Shown here: positions 62,282-64,000 of the stretch, piece by piece
How positions within the stretch are numbered: the first letter of the stretch is position 1
Layout of the letters: the number at the start of each line of letters is the position of its first letter
Source of the DNA: Camelus ferus
Taxonomy: Eukaryota
Assembly: GCF_009834535.1 (NCBI RefSeq)
Contig: NC_045696.1
Location: forward strand, 18,478,001-18,542,000
Reading direction: 5' to 3'
Length of the DNA: 64,000 nucleotides
Position numbers and translations under genes: made by a program
The notes under the pieces: model-generated
Seen by the model: the letters and a program-made list of their open reading frames with translations, nothing else
What the model was told of the DNA's origin: nothing
Databases searched by the model: none

Positions 62282-64000
62282 CAGGCATACCTCAGAGATA
62301 TTGCAGGTTCAGTTCCCAACTATCACAATGAAGCACATATTGTAATAATGCCAGTCACACAATTGTTTTGGTTTCTCAGTTCATATAAAAGTTATATTTA
62401 CAATATAGTCTACTAAGGGTGCGATAGCATTGTGTCTAAGAAAACAATGTACATACCTCCAATTAAAAATACTTTATTGCAAAAAAAAGGTTTTTTAAAC
62501 ATAAATCAATAAAAAAGAAAAGAAAAAAAAGAAAAAAGGAAAACACAACCTATAATCACATGCTTTAAATTCTCAGTTATGAACCAAAATTTGGTAGAGC
62601 AAGCCATGTCTTTTAGCACTTACAATGTTATCAGTGATTCATTAATTAAGGGTTGCTATCTTTTGACTCAGATTTAGAGGATGTGATAGAAACATAAATC
62701 ATATACCACATTGTGATTACTTATTTGCCTATTTACATCTGTTCGACTGAAAACTCTGGGGCAAAAAACTAAAATCACATTTTTCTCATCTTTGTTCCTA
62801 CAACCTGCCTTATTTGTAACTAATATTAAATGCTCTGTAAATGCTCCTGAATGAAACAATAAAACAACAAAAAATTAAGGGCATAAAACAAAACAAAAAA
62901 AATACTTTATTGCTAAAAAATCATCCAATCCTTCAGTAGGTCATAATCTCTTTGCTGGCTGATGGTCTTGCCTAGATGCTGATGGCTGCTGACTGATGCT
63001 GATGACTGATCAGGGTGGTAGTGGCTGAAGGCTGGGGTGGCTGTGGCAATTTCTTAATATAAGATAAAAATACAGCTTGCCACATCAGCTGACTTTTCTT
63101 TTCACAAATAATTTGTCTGTAGCATGTGATGCTGTTTGATAGCATTCTACCTAGAGTCGAACTTTCAAAATTGGGATCAGTCCTCTCAAACCCTGCTGCT
63201 GCTTTATCAACCTACGTTGATGTAATATCCCAAATCGGTGGCTGTCATTTCAGCATTGCTCACAGCATCTTCACCAGGAGTAAATTTCATCTCAAGAAAC
63301 CACCTTCTTTGCTCGTCCAAAGAAGAAGCTCCTCATCCCTGAAAGTTTTGTCATGAGAGTGCAACAATGCAGTTAAGTGTTCAGGCTCCACTTCTCATTC
63401 TAGCTCTCTTGCTATTTCTACCACATCTGCAGTTCCTTCCTTCACTGACATCTTGAACTTCTTAAAGTCATCTATGAGGGTTGGAATCAACTTCTTCCAA
63501 ACTCCTGTCAATGTTAATGTTTTTTTTTTTTTTAACTCTTCCCATGAATTTTAAACATTCTTAATGGCATCTATAATGGGGAAGCATTTCCAGGAAGGTT
63601 TAAATTGACTTTGCCCAGATCCATCAGAGGAATCTATCAATGGAAGTCATAACCTTACAAAATATATTTCTTAAATAATAAGACTTGAGAGTCAAAATTA
63701 CCCCTTGATCCATGGGATTCAGAATGGATGTTGCATTAGCAAGCATGAAAACAACATCAATCTAATTGTATGTCTCCATTAGAACTCTTGAGTGAGCAGG
63801 TGCTTTGTAATTAAGCAGTCATATTTTGAAAGGGGTTGTTTTTCTGGGCAGTAAGTCTGAACAGGGGGCTTAAACTATTCAGTACACTATGTTACAAACA
63901 GATGTACTGTCATCCAGATTTTGTTGTTCCACTTATAGAACACAAGCATAATTAATTTAGCATAATTCTTGAGGGCTCTAGGTTTTTTGAAATGGTAATT
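62282..64000 (-). mobile_element. Tigger1 (TcMar-Tigger) DNA transposon, decayed transposase, runs off the window; interrupted at 62481-62897
   Basis: TA-preceded TIR 'caggcatacctcagagatattgcaggttcagttcc'; transposase text 'ccccttgatccatgggattcagaatggatgttgcattagcaagcat' (QPMDQGVI-type motif on minus) and 'gtcatccagattttgttgttcc'. Confidence 0.95.
62481..62897 (+). other. TSD-flanked polyadenylated insert of non-L1 sequence (probable L1 3' transduction)
   Basis: 16-bp TSD aaaaatactttattgc at 62465-62480 and 62898-62913, preceded by tt (TT|AAAA); AATAAA at 62858 followed by an A-rich tail. Confidence 0.85.

Noticed and set aside
1..64000. CRISPR arrays, operons, tRNA/rRNA/snRNA genes, processed pseudogenes
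   Set aside because: The sequence is mammalian and repeat-rich; none of these was recognised by eye. Short exons or small RNAs could still be missed without alignment.

Overview
AT-rich mammalian genomic DNA with no recognisable host gene, exon chain, RNA gene or host CpG island; it reads as gene desert or deep intron. Young L1 3' ends and the absence of recognisable lineage-specific SINEs suggest a cetartiodactyl, probably a camelid (inference). Roughly 40-45% of the window (eye estimate) is decayed transposable element: ERVL internal sequence, MaLR/ERVL/ERV1 LTRs, L1 of several ages, L2, MIR, hAT MITEs and Tigger1. Family names are recalled from memory, not searched, and most boundaries are approximate. 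Main findings: (1) a 3.09-kb young L1 at 46926-50015 (-) with a perfect 16-bp TSD, complete 5'UTR, ORF1, 3'UTR and poly-A, but lacking the EN and RT parts of ORF2, i.e. a 'half-L1' (HAL1-like) or spliced-L1 structure; (2) a 417-bp TSD-flanked, polyadenylated non-L1 insert inside Tigger1 (62481-62897) that looks like an L1 3' transduction; (3) a TE-free, CpG-retaining, TAATTA-rich block at about 7.2-8.3 kb containing a possible recursive splice site; (4) two head-to-tail duplicated ERV1-type LTR ends; (5) a scrambled L1 locus with filler DNA at 29.8-31.2 kb.
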